Shown in pieces: positions 62,787 to 64,000 of a DNA stretch of 64,000 nucleotides (positions are counted from its first letter, which is position 1; each line of letters begins with the position of its first letter). Under the pieces are notes generated by a model, which worked only from the letters and a program-made list of their open reading frames with translations, did not search any database and had not been told where the DNA came from. The DNA lies in the NCBI GenBank assembly GCA_051530055.1, contig CM121342.1, positions 16,073,480 through 16,137,479 on the forward strand, read 5' to 3'. The stretch comes from Neoechinorhynchus agilis. Lineage: Eukaryota > Animalia > Acanthocephala. Position numbers and translations under genes: made by a program.

Positions 62787-63997
62787 TCAAAAAGATACTG
62801 TGCGAGCCATCGATGTTCCCGCATCCCGCGTGCTCGTTTCCTTCATTTCGAGTCCTTGCTGAACCTCTTCATTCGCTTCACCATGTATTATCGGTTTAAT
62901 AGCCTTCCAAAATCGCTAAAATGCAAGTCTTGTACGATTAAGCTCTTTGGACAATAGCAGGCGCTCACATCTTCAACCGTGGCTCCTTTGGTCTTCCACA
63001 GTTTATAAACAACGTACAGCGGAATAACTAACATGGGAATGATTATCATCAAACCCGATATAATCCTGGTGTGCAGAGGAAGTTCACTTAGCTTAAGTCC
63101 CCGAACAATAATTGCATCATTAACAAGGGCCTGGATTTGCGTAACCAACATCGCCTAAAACGAAATTTCGGGTTTCACTTAATCAGTCAATTATTTTTAA
63201 ATGGCGTAGGAAAGTAAGTGATGCTCAAATACGTCTATGGAAAAATACCTATAGGTGAATGGAAGGAACTAATGGACTGCTAAAGGTACAAGAACAATTG
63301 AATTGCTCAATCCGGCTCAGGCGAAATGTAGTGCAAGTAATGACGGGAAAAACGCAATCGCGAATTACAAAGATCTCAAATTGCTTTTATTTTTTCATTC
63401 TTGCGATGTACACAAGTCAGGTTTAGGTGCTTAAACAGTTTAAAACTTTATATGTTGTCTTATTGTTTAAAAAACGAGATTAAAAATGGTTGTTGAAAAT
63501 GATCTTACCTAAACCTATGACAGCGCCTACTATTAAAAATTCAACGTTAATTAAAAAAAATTACTGACCGTCAGAGCAACTGGTGAGATTACAGTCCATG
63601 TAAATCGTAGCAGAAATCCTGGTCGATTGTTCATCATGCTGTACATATCGTCTGCCATTTTGCTTGACCCTTAAATTCTTCACTAGAGTGCAACTAAGCA
63701 AAGCAGCGATTACCATATGCCCAAGCGACAGCTAAGCATTCGACCAATAAAATCAATAAAATTGACGGACTGACGGAAAGTTCGTTCATAAGATCTATCA
63801 CATAAGGTCCTCCCTTTGCAGTAAATTGAATGGCTACTTCTTTAAGAACAGTTAAATAAACTTACGTTCGTACATGTTGGTAGTGCACCTATGAAGCAAA
63901 TCAATAGAACGATCGCAACTAATAGTTCCCTGTATTTTCGAAATACAACTGGATACTCATCACAAAGCCCGGTGATGATTGATTCCAAACCAGCGAA
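62787..63997 (-). CDS. 3' part of an SLC6 sodium:neurotransmitter symporter (SERT-like); 5' part lies beyond the window
   Basis: FAGLESIITGLCDEYP, GGPYV, AVAWAYG, DDMYSMM...PG...WTVISP, IPLYVVYKL; four GT-AG introns including a 20-nt one (62916-62935). Confidence 0.88.
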
Positions 63998-64000
63998 CTA

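Noticed and set aside
63690-63760. Possible stem at an SLC6 intron (TTTGCTT / AAGCAAA)
   Set aside because: The intron has clean GT-AG ends that restore the protein, and one arm lies in the exon; may be chance.
1-64000. CRISPR arrays, rRNA, tRNA or prokaryotic operons
   Set aside because: No regular repeat-spacer array or recognisable rRNA/tRNA was seen; gene content and introns are eukaryotic.

Overview
Eukaryotic, almost certainly animal (invertebrate) genomic DNA. It has compact, intron-poor genes amid many decayed retroelements; the species cannot be identified from sequence alone. Recognisable host genes: HOP2, a shortened PIKfyve/FAB1, TOP3B, two SELENOW copies (in-frame UGA plus SECIS), a single-SH2 protein, DNAL1, UBE2H, ZFYVE9/16 (SARA/endofin), the 3' part of an SLC6 (SERT-like) transporter, and a trehalase pseudogene. 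Mobile DNA includes CRE-like (RLE) and RTE non-LTR elements, CR1/L2- and I/Jockey-like LINE relics, a Gypsy relic, and Penelope-like elements carrying minimal hammerhead ribozymes. A recent ~6 kb inverted duplication spans 17232-24754 and 33174-39153. Main observation: in PIKfyve, TOP3B, the SH2 gene and SARA, about eight reading-frame interruptions (60-1270 nt) have homology-predicted junctions that are not GT-AG. Each is bracketed by its own unique inverted repeat (up to 13 bp perfect) lying within about 12 nt of both junctions. These look like a class of hairpin-defined non-canonical introns (or precisely excised DNA elements) co-existing with ordinary GT-AG introns, some only 20-27 nt long. 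Junctions were inferred by eye from remembered homolog sequences; several have in-frame canonical alternatives that would alter conserved motifs, so transcript data are decisive.
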